The translations under genes and the position numbers were made by a program. A stretch of 64,000 nucleotides of DNA, from contig JAZKFH010000084.1 in NCBI GenBank assembly GCA_040386535.1, positions 1-64,000 of the forward strand, in the 5' to 3' direction. The notes beneath the pieces are model-generated. The model was given only the letters and a program-made list of their open reading frames with translations. It did no database searches and was not told where the DNA came from. This document shows positions 62,079-64,000 of this stretch, in pieces. This DNA is from Myxococcota bacterium. GTDB lineage: Bacteria > Myxococcota_A > UBA796 > SXON01. How positions within the stretch are numbered: position 1 is the stretch's first letter; every line of letters starts with the position of its first letter.

Positions 62079-63731
62079 TTATCCGCCTGCTTCCACGATC
62101 ACCGGGACCGACGACGCGTCGGGACCCTCGACGGACCGGAGAATGCGGCCGATCGTCGCGAGCCAGGCCGCGGGGGCGTCGGCCCACATGAGGACGTTGA
62201 CGTCGGTGGTCCCGGTCGTCCCGTAGTACCGGGCGCTCTGGCCGCGGAACCCACCCCAGCTCGAGCAGTCCGCGAGGAGGAGGCGTGGGGTGCCGCTGAG
62301 GCGGTACGACGTGTCCCGGCAGGCGGGGCGGTCCTCCTCGGCACGGGCGCGCGCCTCGGCGGCCTTCAGCGACAGCGGGCCCTCCGCGTACGGCGCGAAC
62401 GTGACGCCCACGACGGCGGGATCGTAGTAGAGCGCGCCCGCCTCGGCCTCGCCCGCGACGGACGCGCCGAAGAGCCCCTTGGGGACGCTCACCCGCCGCG
62501 GGGCCGCGAGGGGCCCGAGCTCCGCCGGAATCGACACCGTCGCGCCCTCCCACGTGTGCTCGATCAGGACCGGCGCCCGCACGAGCGCCCAGGGGCGCCC
62601 CACCCCGATCGCGGTCACCCCCGCCACGCCGAGCGCGATCCCGCTCGCGACCGCCAACCCGCGCAGGGCCCGGCTCTGCGGCGGCGCCATCCCGCTCTCC
62701 AGGCCCCGGAGCAGGAGCCCGCTCCCGACGAGCGCCACTCCGACCAGCCCGCCGCCGAGGTGCGCGAACAGGTCGACGCCCCCGGAGATGGAGGCCAGCG
62801 AATTGACCACCAGGTTCTTCGCCACCCTGCCACGCGCGCTCCTGACGTAGCGCCGCTCGACGAGGTGGGCGTGGCGCCACAACACGACGACCTCGGCCAC
62901 GCCCAGCCCCCAGAGCCCGCTCGACGCGCCCGCGGAGACCCCGCCGGTGAACAGGGCGGAGAGCACGCTGCCGCCGATCACCGAGAGCACGTAGAGCACG
63001 AGGAAACGTGACGGGCCGAGGAGGCGTTCGAGCAGGTGCCCGAGCCACACGAGCCCCACGACGTTGAGGAACAGGTGCAGCGCGCCGATGTGCAGCAGCG
63101 ACGAGGACAACGAGCGCCAGGGCTCCGAGAGGTTGGCGCCCGGCACGCTCGCGCCCATCCGCACGAGCGTCGGCACGAACTCGGACCCGCCCCACACCGT
63201 CTGGAGCACGAACATCCCCACGAGCACCGCCGCGAGCACCGGGGTGACGAGGAGCGGCCGGTGTTCGCCGGGCAGCGGCACGTCCTCGGGGTGCTCGGGC
63301 AGCTCGGGGCGCGCCTCGTCGTCGGCGGGGTCGACGCTGTCGGGGTCCATCGCCGGCTCATGCGCCAGGTTTCCCAGCTCCTTGGCGAGCCAGCCGTGTG
63401 TCCACGTGCCCTCGCTCCAGACCGTGCCGTCCTCCGCGAGGTGCGAGCGGATGCCCCAGTGCCGCGCCCCGGTGCCGAGATCGGCGCCCCGGAGCGCACC
63501 TTTCGCCGCGCGCCCACCGCCGACGAGCACGATGTGCAGGCGCCGGCCCCGCACGCTCTCCACGACCGCGCGCGCGTTGGGCGGCAGCGCCTGGCCGTGC
63601 GCGGCGAGCAGCACCACGGCGTCGTCCCCGATGCGCACGCCGAAGGCATCCGCGGACTTGTGGATGACGTAGCCGTCGTGATGCGCGATCAGGCGGTGGA
63701 GCGCACGGAGGAGGGGGTCGGGGAGCGGCAT
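62079..63731 (-). CDS. Rhomboid family intramembrane serine protease with N- and C-terminal soluble domains
   Basis: EPWR...LLHIG.LHL.LN, LE..LG..RF, GASSG, D..AHLGG. Confidence 0.92.
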   Translation of the reverse strand: MPLPDPLLRALHRLIAHHDGYVIHKSADAFGVRIGDDAVVLLAAHGQALPPNARAVVESVRGRRLHIVLVGGGRAAKGALRGADLGTGARHWGIRSHLAEDGTVWSEGTWTHGWLAKELGNLAHEPAMDPDSVDPADDEARPELPEHPEDVPLPGEHRPLLVTPVLAAVLVGMFVLQTVWGGSEFVPTLVRMGASVPGANLSEPWRSLSSSLLHIGALHLFLNVVGLVWLGHLLERLLGPSRFLVLYVLSVIGGSVLSALFTGGVSAGASSGLWGLGVAEVVVLWRHAHLVERRYVRSARGRVAKNLVVNSLASISGGVDLFAHLGGGLVGVALVGSGLLLRGLESGMAPPQSRALRGLAVASGIALGVAGVTAIGVGRPWALVRAPVLIEHTWEGATVSIPAELGPLAAPRRVSVPKGLFGASVAGEAEAGALYYDPAVVGVTFAPYAEGPLSLKAAEARARAEEDRPACRDTSYRLSGTPRLLLADCSSWGGFRGQSARYYGTTGTTDVNVLMWADAPAAWLATIGRILRSVEGPDASSVPVIVEAGG

Positions 63732-63773
63732 CGGGCGGAGGATACTCCGGCGGGGGGCGGGATCGCGTGGATC

Positions 63774-63849
63774 CGAGAGGATCTCTGGGCGACCGACGCT
63801 GGGCGCGGTGCCTCGGCGCGCCGAGCCGCGCCGACCGCGCCCGGTGGAC
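63774..63849 (-). repeat. Right arm of the ~75-bp inverted repeat (partner of 59521-59595)
   Basis: Reverse-complement match, with a 29-bp perfect core at 63784-63812. Confidence 0.88.
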
Positions 63850-63906
63850 ATCGCGGTGCGACGGGGGCGCGGCGGGTGCGTACATTCCTGCACCCGGAGC
63901 CTGCCC

Positions 63907-64000
63907 ATGCCGAAGATCGGAATGTCCGACTTGGAGATCTTCCCCCTCGCGCTCGGGGGCAACCCCTTCGGCTGGACCGCCGATACACCCGCCGCCGAGG
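63907..64000 (+). CDS. Aldo/keto reductase, 5' fragment
   Basis: MPKIGMSDLEIFPLALGGNPFGWTAD, typical AKR N-terminus; GGAG RBS. Confidence 0.82.
   Translation, partial: MPKIGMSDLEIFPLALGGNPFGWTADTPAAE

Noticed and set aside
62079..63731. Rhomboid as the sorting enzyme for the MYXO-CTERM-like protein at 16703
   Set aside because: 45 kb apart; rhombosortases act on GlyGly-CTERM, and nothing in the sequence links the two

Overview
Very GC-rich (by eye >70%) bacterial chromosomal segment, most likely from a Myxococcota-like organism: it has a MYXO-CTERM-type sorting tail, a solitary myxobacterial-type mazF, many Asp-Thr-linker FG-GAP lipoproteins and a lipoxygenase. About 50 CDS are supportable; I recognise no rRNA, tRNA, CRISPR-cas or transposase. 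Main candidates for novelty: (1) a GxxExxY (PD-(D/E)XK-like) gene wedged between two Clp-type AAA+ genes and bracketed by inverted arrays of a purine-rich ~36-bp repeat (33-bp perfect inverted repeat), with the upstream gene's stop codon supplied by the repeat; (2) two ClpA/B-like AAA+ proteins with a degenerate first ATPase module and a C-terminal class-I release-factor-like domain lacking GGQ, one lying directly upstream of (3) a divergent SecY paralogue fused to a DUF2007-like domain; (4) a dispersed ~110-140 bp multi-hairpin intergenic repeat family (at least 6 copies) with apparent compensatory base changes; (5) further palindromic arrays and long-range inverted repeats, one pair bracketing the mazF-containing gene block; (6) in-frame internal deletions that remove the conserved cores of a sulfatase and a DUF4291 protein. 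All family assignments come from motif recognition by eye, not database searches.
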